Assembly (NCBI GenBank): GCA_019057815.1 | Contig: JAHLWR010000003.1 | Location: 64,001 to 128,000 of the forward strand | Origin: Candidatus Heimdallarchaeota archaeon | GTDB lineage: Archaea > Asgardarchaeota > Heimdallarchaeia > Heimdallarchaeales > Heimdallarchaeaceae | Length of the DNA stretch: 64,000 bases | Reading direction: 5' to 3' | In this document: positions 1-9,642 of the stretch, piece by piece | Position numbering within the stretch: position 1 is the stretch's first letter | How the letters are laid out: every line of letters starts with the position of its first letter | Notes under the pieces: model-generated | Databases searched by the model: none | Told to the model about the DNA's origin: nothing | What the model saw: only the letters and a program-made list of their open reading frames with translations | Program-made: the position numbers and the translations under genes

Positions 1-168
1 ATCGCTCAATTGACACACTCTTGTAGTTCTAAGATTCTATTAAACAAAGCAAAAACATTTGTAGCAATGAAAAATGTAAATAAAAATATCTACATTAACA
101 ATTCCTATTTCTTTAGGTAAAGCCTTAGATTTTTCTTGTTTTACCCCTTCCAAAAAAAAATGATTTTT

Positions 169-1248
169 CTACCACAATAAGAATGTAGTAGAACTATCTC
201 CATCATATTCTTCAGGAGCGTCATTTCCTCTGTTGCGAGGATAAGCCGCGAAAGCATAATCAAAGGCTTCTTCCATGATAGTGTAGGGATCAGAGTCGAA
301 ATGTTGAATTAGCGTATAATCTTCAAAATACCAAGTCCACATACCGTTGTTATGAGTAGGATCATCGTAACCATATCCTTTGAGTCCACATGTTGTAGTT
401 AAATAAACATGAACTTTGTTTGGCATGCCCATCAAGTCATTACCAAAACCACCTGCTGAACAATGGTCTAAAAAGACAAAAATCCTATCAGCAACAGCAT
501 CGTCAAGTATATCTGCAAGTTCTGTATCTTTAAGGTCATTATCCCAAACATACAGGTCGCTATCCCACATACAAAGATAAGCATTATTACTTCTGTCTTT
601 TCCACCGTGTCCAGATGAAACAAAAGCTATAACATCGTTAGAATCTGCCGAATTGACCATATTAGTTAGAGAGTTAATGACACTCGCTTTACTTGCTTGG
701 TTATCAATTAGAGTAGTTATGTGTTCGTAACCTAATCCTTGGAAATAATCTCTCCAATCTCTTGCATCGTCATCACAATATTGAAGGTCGCTAATATCTT
801 TATAGTCGCTAATTCCAACTATGACAACATAGTGGTCAACATCAGGGGGTGGAGGAGGAGGACTACCGTTATCTATCGTTACGATATTATTGTCTGAATC
901 TGTTTTGCCACCACTATCGGTGACTTCTGCGTAAATTATGTGACTACCATCTGTGTATTCTGTTGTATCCCAATCATAACTATTAGAATGTACAATGAAA
1001 ACACTATCTATGTAAATATCAACGATTAATGGGCCATCTTCTTTATCTGTAGCTTCTACTGTAATAGTGATTATTCCTGAAACAGTTGCACCATTGGCTG
1101 GGTTTGTAATTGTAACCCTAGGTGCTTTGTTTTTTCCTGGGGGAGCTGGGGGTTTTACTTTTATACTTGCTGTAGTTAAGGGTGTAATAGTTATACAAAA
1201 TGACGAGATAAGTATTATCACAATAAGAGTTGCTCTTAATTTCTTCAT
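169..1248 (-). CDS. Secreted caspase-like (clan CD, C14-like) peptidase with bacterial Ig-like domain
   Basis: N-terminal basic+hydrophobic signal peptide, Pro-rich linkers, Ig-like domain (PRVTITNPANGATVSG...WDTT...DGSH), caspase-fold motifs VGISDY, L.YCDDDA, SGHG (His) and DHCSAG (Cys). Confidence 0.85.
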   Translation of the reverse strand: MKKLRATLIVIILISSFCITITPLTTASIKVKPPAPPGKNKAPRVTITNPANGATVSGIITITVEATDKEDGPLIVDIYIDSVFIVHSNSYDWDTTEYTDGSHIIYAEVTDSGGKTDSDNNIVTIDNGSPPPPPPDVDHYVVIVGISDYKDISDLQYCDDDARDWRDYFQGLGYEHITTLIDNQASKASVINSLTNMVNSADSNDVIAFVSSGHGGKDRSNNAYLCMWDSDLYVWDNDLKDTELADILDDAVADRIFVFLDHCSAGGFGNDLMGMPNKVHVYLTTTCGLKGYGYDDPTHNNGMWTWYFEDYTLIQHFDSDPYTIMEEAFDYAFAAYPRNRGNDAPEEYDGDSSTTFLLW

Positions 1249-1402
1249 TTTTCATCACTTGTGTAGTAATATTTTACCACAAATGAAAGAGTAGAGAAAT
1301 TCTCTAATAAATTTTGCCTAGCAATTGAGAACATTAAGTAGTAAATTCTTCTATTTTATTTTTAGAGTAAGACCAAATGAAATAAAAGAAATGAGGAAAA
1401 TC

Positions 1403-2695
1403 TCATTGTTCTGTCGATTTTCTTCTGCCGATTATTTTGTAAATAACAAAAACCAATATCGTTGAGCATAAAACAACTGATGCAATAACTGCTGCTAGCC
1501 ATGGTAACTTGTAAGATATATTATATAGATATCCTGAAAGATATGAAGTTGCTGAAATTCCTAGAAAGAATCCAGTTGTTATGATGGAGTATAATATAGA
1601 AAAGTGTGCTTTTGGTAATTCATAAGTAAGGATTGTGAATACTACAGGGAAAAATAGCGCATGACCTATGTTCTTAATGAAAAGCATCATTCCATAAACA
1701 AGGACGCTGTCTGGAAATAAGTAGAGTGTAAGGTAATTTCCAACCATTATTAAAGAAGAAGTCAACAATAAATAGTTGATTATATTGGGTTTCTTGGAGA
1801 TTAACCATCCAATTATTGGTGATACTACTATAAAGCTAAGTTGAGAAAGACCAAGTAATGTTCCAATAAAACTATCTGATTGGTTTAAAACATTTTTACC
1901 ATAAAGTGCAATAATAGGGTCTGTTACACCTGAAATGATTCCAAAGATAATGAAAGCTATAATAAAAAAGGTTACACTTCCTGATTTGAAAATTTGAAAA
2001 TCAAATTTTGTTTTTCTCCCTTCCTTTACATCGATTCGTCTGAGAAAATGAATTGTTTCAGCTTTACCTTTGACAAATAAGAGTCTGAAACTTATAAGAC
2101 CTAAAATTGACAGAGCAAACACACAAATTATCATTGCATAAGCAGGTAGAAAGTCTAGAACATATCCTAACCCTACTGTACCTATGAGTACTCCTAATCT
2201 CCCTGAACTTGAAATCACTGAATTAAACACGCCTTTATATCTAGTTTTCAAATCAGAAAGTAAGGATCGACTGGCTAAACCAAAAACATTATTCGTTAAT
2301 CTTAGTAGAGAGAATAGAACAGCTAGAAGTGCAGTATTGTTTGTAAATGCGAGACCACCAACAGAAAGTGTCATTATAACAAATGCAACAAAAAGGATTA
2401 TTTTTCTACCATATTTTTCAATTATCCACCCACTTGGTACTCTAGCAAATAACCCCGTAAAAGTATAAACTGTTGTTATTATGGCCCATTTAATAACTAC
2501 TTGTTCTTCGGATAATCCAAATCTTTCTTGAAGATAAAGTGGGAAAAGTTGTCGGATACTCATGTAGACTAAAAAACTAAGAAATTGCGCTGTTAAGAAA
2601 GCAAGAACTTCCCTTGTTTCCTGAGCCTTAAAGATATCAGAAAATTTTTCTTTTTTATCTTGTAATGAAGGTGAAATAGTTTCAAGCTCAGGCAT
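1403..2695 (-). CDS. MFS transporter
   Basis: 430 aa, about 12 hydrophobic segments, motif A-like GWIIEKYGRK. Confidence 0.85.
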   Translation of the reverse strand: MPELETISPSLQDKKEKFSDIFKAQETREVLAFLTAQFLSFLVYMSIRQLFPLYLQERFGLSEEQVVIKWAIITTVYTFTGLFARVPSGWIIEKYGRKIILFVAFVIMTLSVGGLAFTNNTALLAVLFSLLRLTNNVFGLASRSLLSDLKTRYKGVFNSVISSSGRLGVLIGTVGLGYVLDFLPAYAMIICVFALSILGLISFRLLFVKGKAETIHFLRRIDVKEGRKTKFDFQIFKSGSVTFFIIAFIIFGIISGVTDPIIALYGKNVLNQSDSFIGTLLGLSQLSFIVVSPIIGWLISKKPNIINYLLLTSSLIMVGNYLTLYLFPDSVLVYGMMLFIKNIGHALFFPVVFTILTYELPKAHFSILYSIITTGFFLGISATSYLSGYLYNISYKLPWLAAVIASVVLCSTILVFVIYKIIGRRKSTEQ

Positions 2696-2801
2696 GATTA
2701 ATTGGCAATTTATTGTTCATTTAAATAAATATTGAAACCACTGAACTCTCTATTTTGTTCTTTACAAAATCATTTAAAAGTATTATAAATTCTTGTTAGA
2801 T

Positions 2802-3836
2802 ATGGTCGTCGAGAAAGGGGAGGCGTTTAACCTAATAAAACGTAACACTCAAGAAATAGTTTCGGAAAAAGAGTTATTAGATCTTTTAGCAACTAAAGAG
2901 AATCCTGTTGCATATTGGGGAACAGCCACAACTGGTAGAGTACATATTGGTTATTTTATTCCTTTGACGAAAATAGCTGATTTTCTTAACGCTGGTGTAA
3001 CTTTCAAAATTCTTCTTGCTGATTTCCATGCACACTTAGATGATAGTAAAAGTCCTTGGGACTTGCTCGACGCTAGAACTGAATATTACAAACAAATTAT
3101 TATTGCAATGCTTGAAAGTATTGGGGCAGATATTAGTAAACTAATTTTCATTAGGGGAAGTGATATAGAACTTGAAAAACAATACTCCTCTGATCTCTTG
3201 AGACTCTCCACCATTGTAACAATAAAGAGAGCAGTAAGAGCAGGAGCAGAAGTTGTTCGTCAAGCTAGTGATCCAAAAATAGGTGGTTTGATATATCCTC
3301 TGATGCAAACAGTAGATGTTTCTGCATTGAAAGCTGACATAGCTTATTCAGGTATAGATCAAAGAGGAATCTACATGTTAAGCCGAGAAGTACTTCCTGA
3401 GTTAGGGTATAAGAAACCTATTTGCGTTTTCACGCCAATGTTACCTGGATTAAAAGGAGCAAAAATGAGTGCAAGTGATTCAGCATCTAAAATTGATTGC
3501 TTGGATGCAGAAGCTTCAATTACGAAAAAAGTCTTAAAATCCTTTTGCCCAGAAAAACAAATAGAAGAAAATGGTGTCATACTTTTTGTTAAGACAGTTC
3601 TCTTTCCTTTGTTAGAGAAAAGAAACGAGAAATATTGTGTCGAAAGAACGGAAAAATTTGGTGGAAACATTGAGTTTGCAACATATGAAGAAATTGAGAA
3701 AAACTTTGTTGAAGGTAGCTTACACCCTCAAGATTTTAAGAAATCTGTAGCTAAGTACATAAATATCTTGCTAGAACATGTTAGAGAAAAATTCAAGGAT
3801 AAACAAGATTTACTTAATTCTGCATATCCAGAATAA
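2802..3836 (+). CDS. tyrS: Tyrosyl-tRNA synthetase
   Basis: YWGTATTG, HIGY (HIGH motif), YPLMQ..D, G.DQ, KMSAS. ATG at 2802 chosen over TTG at 2793. Confidence 0.95.
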   Translation: MVVEKGEAFNLIKRNTQEIVSEKELLDLLATKENPVAYWGTATTGRVHIGYFIPLTKIADFLNAGVTFKILLADFHAHLDDSKSPWDLLDARTEYYKQIIIAMLESIGADISKLIFIRGSDIELEKQYSSDLLRLSTIVTIKRAVRAGAEVVRQASDPKIGGLIYPLMQTVDVSALKADIAYSGIDQRGIYMLSREVLPELGYKKPICVFTPMLPGLKGAKMSASDSASKIDCLDAEASITKKVLKSFCPEKQIEENGVILFVKTVLFPLLEKRNEKYCVERTEKFGGNIEFATYEEIEKNFVEGSLHPQDFKKSVAKYINILLEHVREKFKDKQDLLNSAYPE

Positions 3837-3854
3837 CTACTATATTCCTCTTAT

Positions 3855-4751
3855 TCATTTTTCGAGTTCTATTTTTACTTTTTCAGCTACTTCTTCTGAT
3901 TCTTCAGAATTATATAACAATTCAATTTCTGTAGGAGAACTGACCCCTAGTTCCAATTCTACTGCTCTCGCAATCTGTTCTTGATCGAAAATAGAACCTT
4001 CAGATACTTCAAGTGTTGTTCCAAACATCCTCAAGATTGCAACTGAAACAGCGTCAACTGCAATACGGTCTGTACCAGCGATTATTACATTAGCTTCTTT
4101 TCTAGTTCCTTTATCAGGCCCTCCGTCTACAAAAATAGACACACCATCCATGACTATTAAATCCGGAGAGAAAGCTGTATTAATTTCAGCTATCATTTTT
4201 CTCTGATTAGGAGAACCGTGGAGTTCACCCATGTATGATTTGCCATCGAGATTTCTTCGAGGAACTAAACCTGTAGCATTTTTTAAGGAAAGTGTAAAAT
4301 GCCCCCCATATTGATGCGTTTTAATACATCCTGTTTCAACGATACATTCAGCTTCATGATATATTTTCGCAAAAAGAAACCCCTCTTCCCAGTGACTATT
4401 TTCGAGTTTAAAATGGATATATTCTCCAACAGGGACTTTAGCAAGATTTACAATTTCAAATCCTAGTTCTTCTGAAAGTTTGTTAAGTCCTTTCTTCTCG
4501 AAAACTTCAGCGGTATCTGCGGGACCACTTCTCTCTGCTACTGTTATAGAATCTGCACCCATTTCTTTTAGTTTGACTATCAATGATTTTAAGAGGTTGA
4601 TATCTGTTGATGCAGGAGGTGGATCTGCTGTATTGAAGTTGGGTTTCAAAATTACATTTTTACCTTTTACTGGGTTTATACCTAATAGTTCGATTGCTTC
4701 AGTAACTCCCTTTTCTCTATTATTAGTAGATATTAAGGCTATTTTTGTCAT
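3855..4751 (-). CDS. DUF362 family protein
   Basis: ILKPN, KTH...FTLSLKN..G and D.IAVDAV motifs. Confidence 0.85.
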   Translation of the reverse strand: MTKIALISTNNREKGVTEAIELLGINPVKGKNVILKPNFNTADPPPASTDINLLKSLIVKLKEMGADSITVAERSGPADTAEVFEKKGLNKLSEELGFEIVNLAKVPVGEYIHFKLENSHWEEGFLFAKIYHEAECIVETGCIKTHQYGGHFTLSLKNATGLVPRRNLDGKSYMGELHGSPNQRKMIAEINTAFSPDLIVMDGVSIFVDGGPDKGTRKEANVIIAGTDRIAVDAVSVAILRMFGTTLEVSEGSIFDQEQIARAVELELGVSSPTEIELLYNSEESEEVAEKVKIELEK

Positions 4752-4845
4752 ACATACACAGTTTATAGAAGACGAAGAAGCTATATATTTTTTTTGTAAA
4801 GTAAAATTCCCTCAAAATTATATATATGTAAATTTTCTTTCTTAT

Positions 4846-6408
4846 ATGGAACAGAGATTATATGCTGATTTAGTAATAATCAATGGAAATGTTTGGACAA
4901 TGGATGATGCGCAACCAAGAGTTGAGTGTTTAGCTATTTTTTCAGATACAATTCTCAAAATCGGGAATACAAAGGATATAGAACCTTTAATAGGATCCTC
5001 AACTGAAATAATCGATGTTAAGAATAATACTGTCATACCTGGTTTCATTGATTCTCATACTCATATTGCTTGGACAGGGTTGAATAAAATGCGTCTTGAT
5101 TTAGGCAATACTAAAAGCCTCAGTGAAGTTTTAGAATTAGTTGAAAAAGAAACAGCTAAGAAAAATGCAGGCGAATGGATAATAGGACGTAATTGGGATC
5201 AAAGTAAATGGAAGGAACAGAGATACATAACAGCAGCTGATTTAGACCCTATTAGCACACAGAATCCTGTTATTCTTAAGCATGTTTCAGGACATTTTGA
5301 CACTATTAATACCTATGGTTTCGAAAAACTAGGTTTATCTAAAGACTTGAAAGGTGTAGATCTAGATGAACACGGAGAGATAACAGGAACTTTGAGAGAT
5401 GTTGAATTATCAAAATACAAAGAGATTCAACCTAGTCCTGTAGAGTTTATTCAAGGAATTAAACTAGGAATGAAAGAAGCTGTTAGATTGGGTATAACTT
5501 CTGTTCATGATAATATTACTTTTGAGTTATTACCTGCTTATAAGGAATTGATAAAGAATAATGAACTGCTCATTAGAGTTTATGGGATCATCTACCAAGA
5601 TATGCTAGAAGAAGCTATTAAACTAGGTATTGATAGGAACTTTGGTGATAAATGGTTCAAAATAGGGGCTGTTAAGCTGATGACTGATGGTGCTTTATCA
5701 TCTCGAACAGCATTAATGTTTGAAGATTATGACGATAAACCGGGAGAAAAAGGATTTGCTCTATATGATGAAACCATGCTCAGCGAGATGGTTACTAAAG
5801 TCCATAAAGCGAATTTACAACTCGCTGTTCATGCAATAGGTGATAAAGCAATTGCTAATGTGGTTAAAGCTATAGAAGACAACCTTGATCCTGAAGAGTG
5901 TAAATTAATTATGCATCGTATAGAACATGCTGAGATTTTGAGGAAAGAGGAAGTAAAACGATCCAAACCTTATGGGATAGTCTTTTCAATGCAACCTAAC
6001 TTCGTTTACAGATGGGGATTAGTTGGAGTAAATGGAATGTATGAGAAGAGAATAGGACATGATAGAACTTTGCTTAATAACCCATTTAAATGGATTTTAG
6101 ATGAGAATCTTCTCGTAATATTCGGTAGTGATGGGATGCCATTAGGACCTCTTTACGGTATTAAAGGAGCTTTATTTCATTCAAATCCAGATTTGAGACT
6201 GTCTCTAGAAGAAGCAATTCGATGTTTTACTGTATATCCTGCCATAGTATCAAAAGATGAAAAAGATAAAGGTACGTTAGAAAAAGGAAAACTTGCGGAT
6301 ATAACTATTTTAGACAGCAATTTGGATGAAATTGAACTTGAAAAATTCTATGATGTCGATATAGCTTATACAATCATTGGAGGAAGAATTATCTACAAGA
6401 AAGAGTAA
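4846..6408 (+). CDS. Amidohydrolase (YtcJ/amidohydro_3 family)
   Basis: PGFIDSHTH, K..TDGAL.SRTA, HAIGD, HRIEHAE, GSD, GKLAD. Likely start is ATG 4846; the upstream part of the tracked ORF overlaps DUF362 antisense. Confidence 0.9.
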   Translation: MEQRLYADLVIINGNVWTMDDAQPRVECLAIFSDTILKIGNTKDIEPLIGSSTEIIDVKNNTVIPGFIDSHTHIAWTGLNKMRLDLGNTKSLSEVLELVEKETAKKNAGEWIIGRNWDQSKWKEQRYITAADLDPISTQNPVILKHVSGHFDTINTYGFEKLGLSKDLKGVDLDEHGEITGTLRDVELSKYKEIQPSPVEFIQGIKLGMKEAVRLGITSVHDNITFELLPAYKELIKNNELLIRVYGIIYQDMLEEAIKLGIDRNFGDKWFKIGAVKLMTDGALSSRTALMFEDYDDKPGEKGFALYDETMLSEMVTKVHKANLQLAVHAIGDKAIANVVKAIEDNLDPEECKLIMHRIEHAEILRKEEVKRSKPYGIVFSMQPNFVYRWGLVGVNGMYEKRIGHDRTLLNNPFKWILDENLLVIFGSDGMPLGPLYGIKGALFHSNPDLRLSLEEAIRCFTVYPAIVSKDEKDKGTLEKGKLADITILDSNLDEIELEKFYDVDIAYTIIGGRIIYKKE

Positions 6409-6418
6409 TTTCTTTTTC

Positions 6419-7543
6419 TTAGAATTTTTTAATAATTATAGTTATAACATCCCCTTCTCTAACTATATGATCTAATCCTACTCTTTGGTTGGGATGCTTT
6501 GCACTCCTACCGGATATAACTGCGTATCTAAACTCTTTTTCAAATTTCCGATGTATTTTACCACATACATCTTTTATAGTCGAATCTCTAGCTATTATAA
6601 GCGGTTCCTCATAATCAGTCTTTTCACCTTGTTTTTTAAGGTAGATTTGCATTAATTCTAGTTTATCAACAATAATATCCTTTAGGTTTGAAAGGTTTTT
6701 TCCGCTTAATGCACTAATAAAAACCGCATCTTGAAAGATTTTCTTTAAATTTTTCAATTCTTTTCTAGATAGTAAATCTGTTTTATTTATAACAACTAAT
6801 AGTTTAGGGTATGTTCGATTACCTTCCAAAATGTCAATTAATTCATCAATGGTCGGATCGCTTCTTACAGTAACTTGTGCATTACTAATCTTATATTCTC
6901 TCATAATGCTTGCAAAAGTTTTTTCACTCATATGAGAAAGAGATTTAAGGGTGGAAATTGATACACCACCACGTTCTGTCTTGGTTATTTTAATAAATGG
7001 TTTCTTTTTACCTGGTTTAATAGCAACTTTACCTAGTTCGTTAATTATGATGTTGTAGGTATCGATTATTTTGAGAACCAAAGGTTTAGATTCGAGAAGA
7101 ACTAGAATCATATCTGCCACTCTAGCAACAGCAAGAATCTCCTTTCCTCTTCCTTTACCAATATGGGCTCCTTCAATTATACCAGGTAGGTCAATAATCT
7201 GGATTTGCGTTCCTTTATGAGCTAAAATACCCGGAATAGCTGCAGTTGTAGTAAAGTAATAAGCTCCAACTTTAGATTCTTTGCTAGTAATTTTAGAAAT
7301 AAGTGTAGACTTCCCTGTTGATGGAAAACCTAGAAGAACAACAGTGCCATCGCCAGTTCGCTTTACGTCAAAACCATAACCTGTAGATCCTTTAGAAGAA
7401 AGCTGAAAATCTATCTGTTTTCTACGTAATTTAGCCATTTTAGCTTTAAGAAATCCTATATGCCGCTCTGTAGACTTGTTTTTCGGCGTTTCTCGGATTT
7501 CATCTTCTAAATCCCTGATCTTTTCCTCTATGGTAGTGCTCAT
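6419..7543 (-). CDS. DRG/Rbg family GTPase (OBG superfamily) with TGS domain
   Basis: KNKSTE.HIG.LKAK, GFPSTGKS, DLPGIIEGA..GKGRG, NKTD, Q.VGLDH. Confidence 0.95.
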   Translation of the reverse strand: MSTTIEEKIRDLEDEIRETPKNKSTERHIGFLKAKMAKLRRKQIDFQLSSKGSTGYGFDVKRTGDGTVVLLGFPSTGKSTLISKITSKESKVGAYYFTTTAAIPGILAHKGTQIQIIDLPGIIEGAHIGKGRGKEILAVARVADMILVLLESKPLVLKIIDTYNIIINELGKVAIKPGKKKPFIKITKTERGGVSISTLKSLSHMSEKTFASIMREYKISNAQVTVRSDPTIDELIDILEGNRTYPKLLVVINKTDLLSRKELKNLKKIFQDAVFISALSGKNLSNLKDIIVDKLELMQIYLKKQGEKTDYEEPLIIARDSTIKDVCGKIHRKFEKEFRYAVISGRSAKHPNQRVGLDHIVREGDVITIIIKKF

Positions 7544-7808
7544 ACTATTCCCTGAAGTATGTTATTTTATAGATTGAGTAACTTAATTTCGATAAATATT
7601 TAGATTTAACGATTGTAATGAAAAACCAAAAAAAACAGCATGTTAGTAAAACTGAAAGCACACGCACTAATATTGTACTTTCAATAAAAATCGATAATAT
7701 ATAGACTTTTTGTTAATATAACAACATAAGCGCTTTAAAATAAACAGAATATTTAAATATCTATATAAAAGGAAAATAGTAGTAAGTTATTGATTGGGTG
7801 TTTATTTA

Positions 7809-8087
7809 ATGACAGAAATATTAGAATTAAATGATGAACAAGGTATTATTAGCTTAGCAAAAGCTCTTTCATCCCCCACACGATATAAAATCGTGAAGCT
7901 GCTTGTTAACAAAGAAATGGATATTTCCAATATTGCTAAGAAGATGAATCAAACAGAAGCTAATACCTCAGCTCAGATTAAATTCCTTGAAAAAGCCGGT
8001 GTTCTTGAATCAAGATACGAACCTGGTGTTCATGGAGTTAGAAAGGTCTGTAAAACTAAAATAAGGAAAGTTATTATAAATATTTAA
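7809..8087 (+). CDS. ArsR-family winged-HTH regulator
   Basis: KALSSPTRYKI...IAK....SAQIK.LEKAG; ATG at 7809. Confidence 0.85.
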   Translation: MTEILELNDEQGIISLAKALSSPTRYKIVKLLVNKEMDISNIAKKMNQTEANTSAQIKFLEKAGVLESRYEPGVHGVRKVCKTKIRKVIINI

Positions 8088-8638
8088 TATAATTTACTTC
8101 CCTTTTTTTTTCCTATTAAACAGTAGTCTTCAATTTTTAATTTCCATATTTTTTCTACTTCTATATCTACATCTTTAGCCAATTTAGAAAGATCATCCAA
8201 GTTGAATATATTTGTAAGAACTGATAATATAATTTTTCCGTTCTCTTTCAAAAAAAGAATTCCCTCATTTAGAGTTATAGCAGGTTTTGGGCTATTCTGT
8301 AGAATTGAAAAAAATGTTAAAATATCACAAGAGTTTTTTTTAAAGGGCAACAAATCTGCGTCAGCACATATAAAACAACTATTTGGATGCTTTTTTTTCC
8401 CTTCTAAAAGCATTTTGTAAGAAAAATCGCAACATATGATATTAATATCATACTGCTGAAGAAAATCTAGAAACAGGGCAGTCCCACATCCAATATCAAT
8501 TAAGATATCTTCTGATCTCAATTTTATAAATGATAAAATTTCTCTATATTTTGTGAACTGAATTTGTTTGTATCTACTGTCGTATTTATCAGCTGTTGCA
8601 TCATACTTTCTACGAACTTCTTGTTTCTTATTTTTCAT
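8084..8638 (-). CDS. Class I SAM-dependent methyltransferase
   Basis: DIGCGT motif I, D.S..ML, DA..LPF. Confidence 0.85.
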   Translation of the reverse strand: MKNKKQEVRRKYDATADKYDSRYKQIQFTKYREILSFIKLRSEDILIDIGCGTALFLDFLQQYDINIICCDFSYKMLLEGKKKHPNSCFICADADLLPFKKNSCDILTFFSILQNSPKPAITLNEGILFLKENGKIILSVLTNIFNLDDLSKLAKDVDIEVEKIWKLKIEDYCLIGKKKGSKLY

Positions 8639-8748
8639 TCTATTAGATTATAAATGGAAAACAATTTTAAGTTATTCTCCTATATACAATTAATGAAAAC
8701 AAACCAAATAAAGGACTAACAAGCGAAGGAGAATAAGGAGGTAAAGGT

Positions 8749-9639
8749 GTGACACTCTCTCTTAAAGGAGCAAAAATACTCAAAGATTTATCTATTAAAG
8801 ATATACGTGTTTTACAAATGGTGGAAACCTTACTTAAAAGAGGAGAATATGCTCCATTTGAGAAGATAGCTCTTTATTCTGGATTTAGAGAAAAGGATGT
8901 AGATATAATGATATCTAGACTCCACAAGTTTAAATTATTACAAAGGTGGAAAGGACATTACGTAGGTTACACTCTAACTTTTGCAGGTCATGATGCTCTT
9001 GCTTTGAATGCACTCTATAACAAAAAAGCTGTCTACGGTGTAGGTAGAGAGAGAGCAAAAGGAAAAGAGAGCGATATTTACTACGCTATAGACTTCGAAG
9101 AAAATGAGGTTATAATCAAAATTAATAGAACAGGAAGACCTAGTTTTCAACATATAAGAAAGAAAAGAGATTTCTTGGATGGAAAATTCCACTATTCGAT
9201 ATTCTTTTTAGCTGCTATCTCTGCTCAGAGAGAGTATAGTGTTCTTTCTAAGTTACAGAAATCAAAGCTTTCTATTCCTAAAATCATAGATTACAACAGA
9301 CACATTATCGTAATGGAATCAATTCCTGGAACAGAACTTGTTAACGTCCGATATCTGAAAAACCCTTTGAAAGTTCTAAAGGAAACCATCGAATTTGCAA
9401 AGAAACTTTACAAAGACTATCATCTTGTCCATGGTGATTTAACCGAATATAATATCCTTTATGATGAAAAAAGAGAAAAAATTACAATAATAGATTTTCC
9501 ACAAACTATTCCTTCTGATCATCCAGAAGCAATGAATTTTCTTTCTCGAGATTTTGATCACTTATTTGACTTCTTTGGAAAGAAATGGTCTATAAGTATG
9601 GAATTAGAATCAGTAATTGACTACATCACAAAAAAATAG
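8749..9639 (+). CDS. rio2: RIO2-type atypical protein kinase
   Basis: N-terminal wHTH (GY.LT..G.D.LAL), GKESD, HGDL.EYN, IIDFPQ. Confidence 0.92.
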   Translation: MTLSLKGAKILKDLSIKDIRVLQMVETLLKRGEYAPFEKIALYSGFREKDVDIMISRLHKFKLLQRWKGHYVGYTLTFAGHDALALNALYNKKAVYGVGRERAKGKESDIYYAIDFEENEVIIKINRTGRPSFQHIRKKRDFLDGKFHYSIFFLAAISAQREYSVLSKLQKSKLSIPKIIDYNRHIIVMESIPGTELVNVRYLKNPLKVLKETIEFAKKLYKDYHLVHGDLTEYNILYDEKREKITIIDFPQTIPSDHPEAMNFLSRDFDHLFDFFGKKWSISMELESVIDYITKK

Positions 9640-9642
9640 CTG

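Noticed and set aside
4480-4845. 122-aa N-terminal extension of the amidohydrolase
   Set aside because: It is mostly the antisense of the DUF362 gene plus the AT-rich promoter gap; family similarity starts at ATG 4846.
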